A DNA stretch of 63,872 bases, filler included, from Ministeria vibrans ATCC 50519 (Eukaryota > Protista > Filasterea): assembly GCA_943704425.1 (NCBI GenBank). It is 6 parts of 6 records of this genome, joined end to end, with 100 filler letters (N's around TTAATTAATTAA, not from the genome) between each part and the next. Parts side by side here need not be neighbours in the genome. Positions count along the whole stretch, not along the records: positions 1 to 31,280 come from CALSCP010002777.1; 5 more parts are not named here. One strand, given 5' to 3'. Shown here in pieces: positions 1 through 17,100 of this stretch; position 1 is the stretch's first letter, and the number at the start of each line of letters is the position of its first letter. The position numbers and the translations under genes are program-made. Below the pieces are notes generated by a model. The model saw nothing but the letters and a program-made list of their open reading frames with translations, was not told where the DNA came from and ran no database searches.

Positions 1-576
1 GTGGGGGGGGCTGGGGGGCGGCAGGAAGACACAGAGACGGCGCACAGGCGGAGCTGGAGCAACGCAATGAGAGCAAGCGAGAGAGCCAGCGAGAGAGAGA
101 GAGAGAGAGGAGAGACGGAATCTGTGACGCTCCGGAAAGAATGAGTTGTCTGGGCCCGTACGAGGCGCTCCAGAGCGAATTCGACAGCATGCATCCACAG
201 GCAGGCCACATGCAGCAGTGTGTGTGCGCCCAGCGTGGCAATTGCAGCCCGCATAGCGTTGTAACACCTCTTTCTTCGCCTTTTCTCTTTTTTTTTTTTT
301 CTTTTTTTTTGTCTTTTTTTTTGAGAGCCGGACACAAATTTGCTATGGGCAGAGGGCCAGGCGGACGCGCAGGGGGGCGACACTGTGCGGGCTTGAGGGG
401 ATCGGCAGGGAAGGGCGTGCAGCACAAGGGGTTGTGGGTTGTCAGAGGGAGAAGTCAGCGACGTGAAAAAACAAGGTGGGAGTGATAGCGGCGACTGCCT
501 GGCGACAGCCACGCGACGCACGCCGGGGCGCCATGCCCCCCGCACGCTCCCAGGACAGACAACGACGGCGACGTAC

Positions 577-738
577 CCGGGGGGCCAGGGGAGGAGGCGC
601 CTCGTCAAGCTCGTTGTCGAGGAAGTCAATGTCGCGCTTGACGACCAACTGTCCCGGAGCATTGGCCGGAGTCGCTGCGGCCGACGGCTCTTTGTTGCCC
701 TTGGGTTTACTGCCGCTTCCGCCACAGCCTTTCCCCAT
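577..738 (-). CDS. First exon of an unknown gene running off the window start; possible N-myristoylated/palmitoylated protein
   Basis: ATG 738 gives MGKGCGGSGSKPK...PPLAPR (54 aa), followed by GTACGT donor at 576; Gly2 plus Cys5 resembles a dual acylation N-terminus. Confidence 0.55.
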
Positions 739-1230
739 TTTGCATACAAACTGTTTGGAAAATTATTAAATGAATGATAATTATGTGAGTCATCAGTCGC
801 AGTGTGTCCTTTACACAGCCCAAATTCCAAAGTATTTAGCCCTGTCGGTCTTGGCAAGGGTTCTCCCTGTCACTTTACACTTAGTCAAACAAGAAAGAGG
901 CTGAGAAGAAGAAGAGAGAGAGAGAGAGCGGTGAATATTTTAGACCAGAGACCGAAGAGTACTTCGTCCATGTCTCACTTATTGTCTCTATGATCTATGG
1001 CAAAATGAATAAATGATTGTACTACCAACTACGACGAGGATATAGAGGGAGATATTTTATTTTAATTGGCTTTTTGAAGAGATCAGGGGTTAAGATTTAC
1101 TTCAGTCGTCTGTCAGAGTGTCAGTTATCACTTATCAATTCACACACAAACTGACAAACACACATTATTATCATTATATTTATCATTATTTTTCACTCCT
1201 CGAAAGTCGAAATACTCGTCTGCTCTCGCT

Positions 1231-5573
<4,343 letters not shown>

Positions 5574-5677
5574 CTCCAAATTTGATTGATTGTGTATCAT
5601 AATAACATGAATAATTGCAATAATTAATGAAGATTGATTCGCTTTGTTTACTTAGTTTCCGTCTCAGTCTCTATCCC

Positions 5678-7924
5678 TCACTCTTCCTCTTTCTCTACAC
5701 TTTCTTTCTCCCGCTCCTCCACTGTGCTCTTGTCTCCTTCTCCATCTGCACTCTTCTCGCTCTTCTCATCTTCTCCTTCTCTTTCTCCGTCTCCACTCTT
5801 CGCACTCTCCTCACTCTTCTCACTCTTTTCACTCTTCTCACTCTTTTCACTCTTCTCACTCTTCTCACTCTTCTCACTCTTCTCACTCTTTTCACTCTCC
5901 ACACTCTCCTCATTCTTCTCACTACTCTTATCTTCTGCTTCTTCAGCTTCTTCATCGCCCCACAAAATGTCTTCGGGATTGGGCGCCGCTGGGAGAAACT
6001 CCTCGTCGGGAAACATGGCGGTAAAGACGTGTCGGGCATCGGCAGCGGCAGACTCAAGCGAAGCGGAGACGGGCGAGACGGGCTGAACAGCGTAGACATT
6101 GCGTGGCAGCAAAGGGCGCACAGGCACCGAAACGGACTCGCGGAAGTAGGCGGACCAGAGGATGTGCGGACGCAACTCGTCTGACCACTGCTCAGAAGTG
6201 GAGAACAGTTGGTCAATGACGGGTGACAGGTCTGTCGCTGGGTCAGAAGTGGCACTAGACGCACGTGTTGACAAATAGACGAGGAAGGAGCCCGGGACGC
6301 AGGTCTCACAGGCAGACGACAGCTGATGCGCAAACACAGTACAGTCCGTGGCGCTGACGGACGGCGGAACAGTGATGGAAATCACAGCGGGAGGAACACC
6401 GCCACCACCATCCACGGGGGGCACAAGCGACCGGTCTGTTATGAGGATCGCCTTGGATACAAACTCGCTTGGAGGTGCGTCGCCCGTCGACAGATAGTCG
6501 GCACTGCACACAAAATGTTTGCACTGCAGACGGTCTCCCTCGTCGTCGACCACGCCGCACACCAAAGGAGAACTCGCCACGCCCCCCTCCGTCGCTTCCT
6601 CCTGCTTCACAATGAGCGCGTGTGCACTTTTGCGAAGCACATAAAGCCCGCCGTAGACGGCACTAAGACGACAGAACGCCTGCACAATCTCGCCGGGTCC
6701 ATGCATGGTCGAGAGGAACGGCGAGTTGCCATAGCGCCCAATGGAACCCATAAACAGACGAGTGCGAGCGATGCCTTCCGCGAGTGGAATGTCTTGCATG
6801 TCTTCCATTTGGGCAATAGAGTAGCAAACGTAGTCGGTGAGTCGCTCACTGAAACGACGCGCGCGCAACTCAGCACGAAACATGGACTCGGTGAACTTGG
6901 ACACGGGGATATTGCTCTCAGCAATACCACCTTCACCACTGTTGCTATTGTTGTCGCTGTTATTGCTGTTGTTGTCGCTGTTATTGCTGTTGTTGTTGGT
7001 CGCAGAAATAGCCGCGGCCGACGTCACATCTCCAATAAAGCGCATCAGTAGTCGCTTCTCGAGGACGCCCACAGACTTGTCGGCGAACACGTCGGACCGA
7101 CTGCACGGCACGGCCTGGAGGGCACCTTTTGAGTCAAGGGTGTACAGACGCTGTACAACCTTGAACTCGAGATACCGACCCACATTAGAGCTGATCAACA
7201 GGTTGACAATGTCGCCCTGCGAAAACAACGACTTCATTGTCGTGTCCAACTCCACTCGTCGCTTCTGTTTCATCACGCGTCCCATCAACTGCGCTGCCTC
7301 TTGCGCTCGCTGCTCTTCCTTGCTCGCCGCCACAGCCGGGCTGGCCTCTTCGCCGACCGTCGTAGTAGTAGTAGACGCTGCTGTGGTTGTTGTGGTTGTC
7401 GTGGTCGTCGTGGACGCCGTGGTTGATGTGGGGGTCGGTGGCAGTTGCGACGATTCGTCGTGTGTGGATTCGTGGCTTTCGCTCTGTGCGCTCGCTTCGC
7501 CTAACGACGACTCTGTTGACGCGCACGTTGCGTCAGCAATGCGTGCAGATGTTTGCGTGCTGGCAGCCGGATCGTCGGCGCTCGCAGCAGTCACGTGAGT
7601 CGTCACAGTGATGTTGGAAAATGGGTTGAGCCAGGGCGAAAGTGACACGACAGACTCGCTTGCGCTGCTGCTCGTCCACGACGCGTCCCCGCGAGCCTTC
7701 GTCAACGCGTCCGCGCCTTCCTCGCTGCCTCCAACCAGACTCCCCCGAAGGACCTCCTCGGCACGACTCAACGAGAGCGACGCGCAACGACCTCCATAAA
7801 AGTCTCTTTCGTCCAAATGAAGCACTTTCTTGCCAACACGCGCTGCTGCCGCCGCCACAATGGCTTCTGTCATGCCAGTGCCCATCACGATCACATCAAA
7901 CTCAATCGAAGACAACTCCTCCAT
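5678..7924 (-). CDS. CHM: Rab escort protein (REP/CHM, GDI superfamily), intronless
   Basis: FDVIVMGTGMTEAIVAAAAARVGKKVLHLDERDFYGG, long acidic insert, LISSNVGRYLEFK, VPCSRSDVF, QAFCRLSAVYGG, C-terminal EFLPAAPNPEDI typical of REP rather than GDI. Confidence 0.9.
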   Translation of the reverse strand: MEELSSIEFDVIVMGTGMTEAIVAAAAARVGKKVLHLDERDFYGGRCASLSLSRAEEVLRGSLVGGSEEGADALTKARGDASWTSSSASESVVSLSPWLNPFSNITVTTHVTAASADDPAASTQTSARIADATCASTESSLGEASAQSESHESTHDESSQLPPTPTSTTASTTTTTTTTTTAASTTTTTVGEEASPAVAASKEEQRAQEAAQLMGRVMKQKRRVELDTTMKSLFSQGDIVNLLISSNVGRYLEFKVVQRLYTLDSKGALQAVPCSRSDVFADKSVGVLEKRLLMRFIGDVTSAAAISATNNNSNNSDNNSNNSDNNSNSGEGGIAESNIPVSKFTESMFRAELRARRFSERLTDYVCYSIAQMEDMQDIPLAEGIARTRLFMGSIGRYGNSPFLSTMHGPGEIVQAFCRLSAVYGGLYVLRKSAHALIVKQEEATEGGVASSPLVCGVVDDEGDRLQCKHFVCSADYLSTGDAPPSEFVSKAILITDRSLVPPVDGGGGVPPAVISITVPPSVSATDCTVFAHQLSSACETCVPGSFLVYLSTRASSATSDPATDLSPVIDQLFSTSEQWSDELRPHILWSAYFRESVSVPVRPLLPRNVYAVQPVSPVSASLESAAADARHVFTAMFPDEEFLPAAPNPEDILWGDEEAEEAEDKSSEKNEESVESEKSEKSEKSEKSEKSEKSEKSEKSEKSEESAKSGDGEREGEDEKSEKSADGEGDKSTVEEREKESVEKEEE
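5805..5900 (-). repeat. 9-bp coding tandem repeat encoding (SEK)n in the REP tail
   Basis: CTCACTCTT/TTCACTCTT units repeated about 10 times. Confidence 0.9.
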
Positions 7925-8000
7925 TGCGAAAGAAATTAAGAAAATAAATATTAAATTCACAAACATTTTAAACAAAAATCCAAAAATCAAATTTTTCTTC

Positions 8001-11000
8001 ATGGATCCCCACGAACCCGACACCCATCGTGTCCCCCAGATTGAAACACATCGGGAAACGCCAACTCGGAGCAACGCGCCACATCACTTTCCCGTCACTG
8101 AGCTCTTGGACGACTTGAAGTCGTACGAAACGGGATACGCCGTCGCCGAGACACTCTACAACTATCTCGTTCGCGTGTATGGGCCCAGTACACCTTTCTC
8201 CATTGCTTCGCTACTGACGCGATTCCGTATTGTGGCAGTGGCGAGCTTGGTCGCGTGCGCGAACAGTGCAACACTTTCAGCGACACGATCGATTTGACGC
8301 ACGTCGAAGATGCGTCGCCCTACCTCAACATTCGTATTGTTATTGACGTCGACGACATTGTCGCCAACGAAGACACCCTTCTTGGCAATGCTGTGCTTCA
8401 CCAAGCACACGAATTTCAACGAGACATTCAAAGAGTATAATATATTTTGCCCCAACGAGAATTTGTCCGCCAAAATTATATAATTGTTGTTTTCTGCCCA
8501 TAGATCGTTCTCAATCTTGTGGCGAGCCACGCGTGGCTTCATCCCGCATCCGTGTCCACACTTCGAACCACTGTTTGTGCCACCACGGAGTCCACAATGA
8601 TCCCAAGCTACCATTCCATTCCCAATGCCTTTCTCTCCGTCACAGGCACCGTCTCATCCATGACTGAAATTCGTCAATTTGCGTACTAAGTCTTCACGAC
8701 TCTACTGACCCTTTTTCACCAATAATTTTTTTATCCACATACTTGTGTACAGACGCACAGTCACCCTTGTGTGCATCAGTGCCGAATGCAAACTTGCAGT
8801 GCACGGCACAGCCCAGTCCATTCGTCCAATGGGACTCAATCCAATCCATCAAACGCACCAGTGTCCTGTGTGTGGCGACAATCTCGTGGAGCAGGCCACA
8901 CAGCGCACCACAGCCCGTAATAACACTCGTCTGCTCCTCTAATTACGACACCGCTTTATATCTGTTAGATGAACGTTACGTGATGGTGCACGATCTCGAC
9001 TGCACAGCGAGTCGCGCGCAGATTGTGCGTCTTGAAGACGATGATTGCAACCGCGTAGACTTTGGGGGGAAATTCACCTTCCACGGTCTCATGGAGAGCG
9101 CGAGTGGGTTGACCTCCGATTCGTCGCGACCATTGCTCAACGCAACCGTCGTCCAGGAGTTTGGTTGCACTGTCATTTCCGAAATGTTTTCTCTTGCCTT
9201 TCCCCACACCATTGTTCAAATTTATCAAGGTAAATAATAATAATAATTATTATTTATTATAATAATAGTAAAAATCGCCGGGTTTCCAGCTGTATTCATA
9301 CAAATTTCCTCATAGCAACTGCCCATGACTCTCCCTTTGCCTTTGCGAGTGCTCTCTCTCAACAGTTTGTCGGTAAGAGGATAATAGGATAACGAATGAA
9401 GTGAAGATAATTAATGAAGCGAAAGAGAACAATAATAACCATAACAATTATTCATAATACATAATTTAATAATAATAATAATAATAATAATAATTATTAT
9501 TATTATTATTATTATTAATTTATCCTGATTATTAATCTTTATAGGAGATTTTCTTCCTTTTGACACTTTCAACTTGGCCAAATACTCTCTTATGTTGTCG
9601 CTCGTAAATCTGGGCTGTGGAACTGCAGCCCCGCACTTCAACGATGGCCGCCTGCACTCGCTCATCATCTGCGATGATGATCTGCTCACATTTCGTCTGC
9701 TCCAGCACTGTGCTTCATTCACCGAACACCCTGCCCGCGTTGTCTCCGTCTCTCGTGACACCACTGGTACAATGCCGCTCTTTCCAAGCAAACTTCATCG
9801 CAAAGGAAAAAGTGTGCAATTCATGGACGGTACCAATCAGCTGCTTGTTTTCGTGTTGTTTTGATGAAGGAGCAATATAACAAATAACAATGTGGTGTGC
9901 TGTGTGAGATAGGTGGGCAACTGGCTTTGGCAAATCGATCGGTGACGGTGTTTGGATGCCTTGAGAACCTCAAAGCGGCAGAAGTGTCGCATGTAGGAGC
10001 AGGTACGGTAACAGCTGCAGTCATCAACCATTATCACAATGCAATCATTAATATTATTTTTTGGCTTTCCCATTGACACAGTGATGGAACACGCCTCAGT
10101 GCAAACGCACATTCCTCGCGACGATACCGAGGGGACTGCAGAGCAAACAGTGCCTGTCTCTGTCACCACCACCATCTGGGCCCAGGCTGCCGATCGTGCT
10201 CTCTTTAGTCCCGCCGACCACTCTCGTTCTGCTGGTGTTCTCCCAGTCAAAGGCAACACCAAAATTTTCAAGCCGCTCCTGAGGTACCAAACATAATAAT
10301 AATATTGCAAAAATAATAATAATATCAATTTGTACTCCAGAATATTACTCCAATATTACTAATAATATTATTATTAATTTTATTTATTTGCATGCTATCG
10401 GAATAATAACAATAATAATTTATTATAATAATTATTATTATTATAGCAAATTCAACCAAGTCGTCAGCGTGACGACAAACGAGACCGTCACCGCACAGCT
10501 TGCAGCACATCTCTGTCAAGATTCGGTTGTCTCCGACGAGAAGCAACAACTGACCACCCCCCAATTAGTGTCAGACGACGAAATGCGCGAGGTAAAAATG
10601 AATAATTAAAAAAATTACGCGGTCTTATTTTCTTCCTATTTTCCCATTATCATTGACCAATCTTTTCAGTTCCTCCAACACGTCTCATCTGTTCCCGTCG
10701 CCCCTACCAACGAGGCGCGTCAACTCATTGAGAAGTTCTTCCAGGCGAGTCGCCGTGCGCGCACAAACGCCATACCTCGCAATGCAATCCAAACAATGTC
10801 TCAACGCAACCATTATAACTATACTGAAACATTGTTGTGGTTGTGTTTTTGTTTTTAGGCTGTCGACTGCATCAGCACATGCGCGTCTATCTCTGCGTGA
10901 CAACGTTTCCGTCCCCGACGCCCTCTTTGCCATTCTCATGTTCGAAGCTACGCTCATCACTGTCACGGGTTCCTCTCTTCTCTCCCTGCGCCATCCCAAC

Positions 11001-11108
11001 GGCCATGCCTCTCCATTCGACGCCATTCCCGTCTCCGGTGCCTCTCTCGACGACCACATGCGCACCTTTCAACGCCACGTTCACAATCATATCAACACTT
11101 ACGCCTAA
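8001..11108 (+). CDS. MCMDC2: MCM domain-containing protein 2 (meiotic, ATPase-degenerate MCM), multi-exon
   Basis: MCM N-domain (IVIDVDDIVANEDTLLGNAVLH), Zn finger CxxxxC...CPVC, no Walker motifs in the visible exons, C-terminal LSTASAHARLSLRDNVSVPDALFAILMFEATL. Confidence 0.8.
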
Positions 11109-11197
11109 AAAGAAACAAAATAAAATTAAATTANNNNNNTAATTTTCAGTGATCAATTAAAGTTATTTTCTCCCCTCTCTCGCTCCCTTCTTTCTCT

Positions 11198-12589
11198 ATG
11201 GACTCCATAGCCGACTGTACAGCCGCACCACCGCCCGACTGCCTTTCCACAGCCCCACTTGATCTGCACTTTGACTTTGAACCCGACGACGCCCTTCCAA
11301 CCCAACCGCCGACCGCTGTGGCGCAACAGGGCCGCTTGCCGCCTGCCCAAGACCAAAACATCCATCCCCAACAAACGCCCACTCCTTCGAAACGCCACTT
11401 AAAGCACGTTTGGGAGCAAGAGGTATCAGAAACACATTTTCAAAAAAAAATTCAAATTTGCCTCTTCTTCCCGCCACAGGTCTCTCGACTCACAGAGAAG
11501 CCGCTGCGACTCGTCAGTGATGTCTCCCAAGATGCTGCGGCGATGATGACCCAGTGCGATCTGCTGCGCGCCGATGTGGCCGATTTGGCGCTCGAAAACG
11601 AAACGCTTCAGGAGACCATCCAAGAACTTGGACTCACTGCCGATCAGCGCGTGCGCCAGCTGGAAGAGCAGCTGGTGCGCCAAAGCACTGTCTACAGAAC
11701 ACTATTGCAGGAGGAACCAAAAGCCTCCAAGGCGAAGCAACACTCTCAGACGGGCTTTGCGCGTGCCACCGCCTTCGACGCCGAGAGGGCCGTTCTGGAG
11801 GCGCGCGAACTTGTCAACGCTCTCTGCCATCGACAAACTCCCGCTTGTCTTCCATCCACACATACACCTGCACATCCTCCACTTTCTTCTCGCGCCACTT
11901 TCACTTCCCTCGATGGGATGATCGGTCACTACCGCACGCGCATTCACCGCCGCACAGTTTCTCCGCCCCTCCCCCACCAACAACAACATTCATGCGGATG
12001 TCGATCTTGTATCCACTACGAGTCTCCGCCACGTGTATCAATACCATCTTCTCTCACGCACCCCCCCATACCACTCAGGGCAGTGCCCCTTTGCACTGCT
12101 CCACAACCAACAGAACGCGTGTCACGCGTGCACGAACAGTACCACCGTCGAATTCAACGCATTCGCAACCAACTCGCCACCACTCTCCACGCCCCCCCTG
12201 CAAACACGCAGATTCCCCTCCGAACTGTCGCCGACTGCATCACTCAACTCGACGCGCTCTCTCACGCTCACCAATCCCTCGACCAACCGCAAATCCCCGC
12301 AAATCCCGCCAGTGACCGCCATTTGCACTGCTTCCAACCCCACACCCACACCTCCAGCACTCCCCAAACGGATCCCATCCACTCTCGCTTGCACACTCTT
12401 CTTGATCGTCTCTCCTCCTTTTCAATTCCTCGCATTCGCAAATTGTCCAATGGTCGTTACCTCATTGACGGAAAAATAACTCTCATCAGGCTCGATCCCC
12501 TCTCAAACCGTCTCGTGATCCCTTCCTCTTTTGGCGCACCCGAACGTGACTTTGAAAAGTTTCTTCTTTCAAAATGTACCAAAGGATAA
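11198..12589 (+). CDS. Coiled-coil protein with C-terminal GAS2/GAR-like domain
   Basis: N-terminal heptads; C-terminal IRKLSNGRYLIDGKITLIRL...DFEKFLLSKC resembles GAS2; probable in-frame intron 11423-11479. Confidence 0.6.
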   Translation: MDSIADCTAAPPPDCLSTAPLDLHFDFEPDDALPTQPPTAVAQQGRLPPAQDQNIHPQQTPTPSKRHLKHVWEQEVSETHFQKKIQICLFFPPQVSRLTEKPLRLVSDVSQDAAAMMTQCDLLRADVADLALENETLQETIQELGLTADQRVRQLEEQLVRQSTVYRTLLQEEPKASKAKQHSQTGFARATAFDAERAVLEARELVNALCHRQTPACLPSTHTPAHPPLSSRATFTSLDGMIGHYRTRIHRRTVSPPLPHQQQHSCGCRSCIHYESPPRVSIPSSLTHPPIPLRAVPLCTAPQPTERVSRVHEQYHRRIQRIRNQLATTLHAPPANTQIPLRTVADCITQLDALSHAHQSLDQPQIPANPASDRHLHCFQPHTHTSSTPQTDPIHSRLHTLLDRLSSFSIPRIRKLSNGRYLIDGKITLIRLDPLSNRLVIPSSFGAPERDFEKFLLSKCTKG

Positions 12590-12672
12590 AAAAATTATGA
12601 TATTTTTACAATAATACTAAAGATTGTGTAACGTTCTTTTTTTACTTTATACAGTCGAGAACATTATTATCA

Positions 12673-13453
12673 TTATTTTCTCTGTTCGTGAGAGGACGAA
12701 CCAAACGCAGATTCGTAAGAGCGACGAGCACCGCTCGCATTGGATGGGCCTTTGTGATGGTGGTGCTGCTGTTGGTGCTGCTGGTGGTGGTGGTGGCTGT
12801 GGTGGGAATGAGACGACGAATGACGGGGGTGGGGCTGATGGTGGTGGTGCTGCTGTTGAGCTGGCGGCGGTTGTTGTTGGTGAGGGTGGTGGATGCGTTG
12901 GTGGTGCTGATGAGGTGTGAGTTGGTCAAGTGGGTTGAGACTGTTGAGGGGCGGGTGAGAGTGGCGAGCAGTGCGATGGTATTCGCGAAGGTACTTTGCG
13001 GGCGACGGAGGGAGGTAGAGAGGGCGGTAGTTGTCCCAGACAAGCGGATAGGTACTCTTCTTCTTTTCTACCAACTCCCAAGGAGGATGGGTACTCTGTA
13101 GCCGGTCTTGCGGATCGGGGTCAACCCAGAAAACTTGTTCGGGTGGGGTGGAGAGAGGAAGAATGTCTGAGCAGAGACGTTGGAGGTTCGAGTCGGTCGC
13201 AAGCACCGCGGTGCTGGTGGAGCCGAGGGAGGTGACAAGGAAGTCGATGCAGTCCTTCATAGAAACGGGTGAGACGGGGTCGAGCGTGGTGGCAAGCTCG
13301 GCAAGGACGACAAGACAGCCAGATACCAACAACGCAAGATCCTCGCGCTGCTTCTTGAGCACCTGCTGGTGCTGCTGCTGTCGCTGCTGCTGCTGCTGTG
13401 CGTGCGCGTGTTGCTGATGATGATGGTCCTGGTGGTGGTGATGATGCTGCTGT

Positions 13454-13485
<32 letters not shown>

Positions 13486-14075
13486 CGCGTTGAGATTGCT
13501 GCTGGAGAGAGCAAGAGAGAGGAGCATGAGACGTGTGCGGATGGGCTCGGGCGACAGAGAGAGCGACGGTGTGTGTTGGATGGCGTCACGGAGCGCCTCT
13601 AGTTGAGCTAGCACAGTGTGGGTGAGCTGAAGCGTGCCACGGAACTCACAGGCAACAGTGATGCGCGCAAGGGCAAAGAGAAAATCGGGTGAGGGCGCAG
13701 GTAATGCCCACCAGTTGGAGTGGGGACGAGACATGCTCTCGGTGAGCCGATGCAGAAGGGGCAGTGTGACACGGTCGCGGGACAGATGCACAGTCGCACT
13801 CGCAAGCGCGTACGAGTGCGTCTGCTCAAAGAGAGTCATGAGAGCAGGAACAAGCTCAGTGGGTGGAAACTGACGCAGTTCAAGTGCACAGTAGTAGCGA
13901 TTCCAAGGAGAGAGCGTGTGATGGAGGCGTGTGAGAGTGTCGACAAGTGACGCAGTAGGAGGAGCGCCCACTACCGCCTGGATCATCATCTGCTGCTCAG
14001 TTGGCCGCAAAAGGTAGTCGTGCGTCACGGTAGCAACACTGTTGCTGACTGAGAATGTGGATGATGATGCAGCGG

Positions 14076-14106
<31 letters not shown>

Positions 14107-17100
14107 GCTTGCTAGCGATGAAGGGAGCACGTCAAATATGGCTGAAATAGCAGTCCAGTAGCGCAGACGGAGAGGCCCGTCGTCAGGCGAGAGAGAGAGG
14201 GTAAAGGTGCCGCTGTTGTACGTGCCGCTGCTGCTGAGACCACTGGTGCTGAGAGGAGTGGCGGCCATGTAAGGCGATTGAGAGCGTTTGAGGAGGACAT
14301 AGCGACGAGTAAAAAAGACAGTGTCGCGTCGAATGGCCGCCTGAATGGACGGAAGACGCAATAAATTCGCAGCGAGACCGTGGTGTGGAGGGATCGCTGA
14401 GGAAGCTGTTGAGGTTGTGACGTCGGATGTCTCTCCTGCTGTGTCCTCGGTGGTAGGCGTTGAAAGTGCTGGACGAGGAACAAGAAAGCAGACAGTGGCG
14501 AGTGCGTAGACGAGCTCGGCGTCCACAAGCGTGTTCGAGAGGGATACGCCCAGTGAGGTATTGCACGCGCAGCCCTCGCAGCTTTTCAGAAGCGCAAGGG
14601 CAACGCGCGCACTCTGTTCGCACAGCTGATGAAGTGGAAGTCGTGTCGAGGCTGCGCTGGCGGTCAAAGCAGTTGCAGACTGCGACAGCGAACCACTGCT
14701 CGCCATCACACTGCTGGCCGAGCTGACTCCACTGCCAAACCGCGACAAGGAACTTCCGCCACTGCCACCACCACTGCCAGTGCGTTCGCGACGAATGAGT
14801 GGGGAGACGAGTGCAAGATGAACAAAGGCAGAGATGTCTACTGCGCCGCGCACAGCCAGACAGGCGACAAGTTGGCCCATGGCATTGGCACGGGCAGGCG
14901 ACAGAGGCGCCACAAAGACAACGTGGTGGCATGCGGCTGCAAGGGCTGCTGTCCAGTCGCACGAGACCGCCTTGGCCATGGTGTCGGCCCAGGTCATGCT
15001 CGCTTGTTCACTGGCCGCACGCGCATCGTCCAGCGACCGAATCACATTGCACACGACGCCAATGAGAAGCTTGTTGACGGCCTCGTGGTTGCCACGCACA
15101 CTCTCATACAGACTCTCATACAATTTCGGCAGGTTGTCGGCAAGCTGTGTCGGCTGGCTGAAGTCTTCCTTGGGCGCAAGTGCCTCAGCGGAGAGACTGG
15201 TGGTCAGCGACGGAGGCAGACTGGTGTACTGAATTGCAGCGCCATTATTAGTGCTACCAATGGTGTTGCCACCGCCTACTGCGCTACCTGTGCGACGGGG
15301 CACGAGAAAAAGTTCCCGCTTGAGCTTGGCCATCAAATTATCGTGCCAGCGCGAGGCACCAACAGTGTCAAGACGGAGCGCAGGGCACGATGAGTGCACG
15401 CGCGCGAGCCAGACAAGTGCCGCGCGCGTACCGTGCTGGCTCAAGAGCTTGTCCAGACGAGCCACATCAACTGCCGTAGGTATATTGGTGCCGTAGAATG
15501 GAGTGACAAAACGCGCGAGGGTGTTGATCGTGGTGCGCAGTAGCGTCTCGTCAATGAAGAGCACTGTCCAGCGACTCTGCACAATGTAGACGCACTCGAC
15601 CAGGAGACGATCGACATCCGGTGCGTCCACAGGAACTGCACGCAACACACGCAACACCACATCGAGCGGCATCATCCAGTCCCCAATGCAATCGTAGACG
15701 TGTACAAGCGAGAGAAGCTGTGCCACATTGAGAGTGCCCAGCAGATTGGGTGAGCGCAAGCGCAGCGCGTCGGTGAGCCACTGTGAGACAAGGGAACGAC
15801 CGTAGCCATCGAGATGACGCACAAGGGTGAGCACATGCGACAGTGAAGGTGTGCTGGGGGTCGGAGGGACTGCTGCGGCAACGGGTAGGGCAAGCCACGA
15901 GTCAGTGAAGGAAGAAGGCTGGGAGGACGGAACGAGCGACGCCAAGTGAGAGCGTAAGGCGTAAATGGCGGTGTGGGTGGCGAGCGTCGTGTCGCCGTCG
16001 TCGTCAGTGGTGCCGTCCATGGCGCACTGGAGCACCATGGCACGCTGATTGACGACTTGAAGACGGTAGCGAGGGTTCTCTTCGATGATGGGCAGGTGAC
16101 GCAGCAGCAGTGCGTGTGCATTGGGGCGACCGGGAGTGCACGAGAGACGCGAGCGCGCAAGCAGCCAGCGGACAAACCGATCGTGTGAGAAGATGTGTGC
16201 ACGCGACAAGTGAGCAATGAAACGCGACACTTGCCCGTACAGAAACTGCTGTTGTTGCTGTTGTTGGTCAAGAGCGGTGACAGCGACAGAATCGAGCCAG
16301 GGAAAGATAGTTTCACTAGCGAGAGTGGTCGTTTCGATTCGGCCAGTTGAGACGGCGAGTGCAAGCAAGTGTGTGACAACAATGAGACGTTCGGGGGGGC
16401 AGGTATGCTCGAGAGACCAGTTGAGCAGCTGACGAGTGATGTCGGAACGTAGTGAAAGACGTGACGGCGATGAGGGAGCCGCAGTATCAGTTGTGGTTGC
16501 AGCAGCAGCAGCGGCGGTGACACTGGTGCTGTCACTACGGGAGCCCGGTCGAGCACAGAGACGCGCGAGAACGTCAAGAAGACCGACTTCGTAGTGACCC
16601 GTGTGATCGAGTGGAAAACGCGCAAGGGACAAAAAGATATCTTCCGTGACGACGGCGGTGCGAACCTGCAGACGAAGCTGGCGGAACACTTTGGCACGTT
16701 GAGTGAGCGAATTTAGCTTGAGCAGACCCGCCTGAGCCACACTGTTCCAATCATTCAACGATGAGGACGAGTCTGTGGTATTAGTAGTAGTAGTGGTAGT
16801 AGTGGTGGTGGTGGTGGTAAGCGCATGGGTGATAAAGGAGAGTTGCTCGGAGGAGAGACAGACGAGGGAGCCCGGTGAGACGTCGAGCACGAGCGCAAGA
16901 CATTCGCGAATGGCAATGACGGGTGGTGGAACAGAGTCATAGAAGGAGGACAGGCGATTGAATTCAATGAGGAGGCGAGCACAGGCAACGGCAAAGGCAC
17001 GACACAACTGACGGTTGCCGAGAATGTCGTGAAGGAAGGGTTGGAGGAAGACCAGGACGATACTGCATGTGCTCATGGCTGAAGTGATCTCGTCAGGGGG

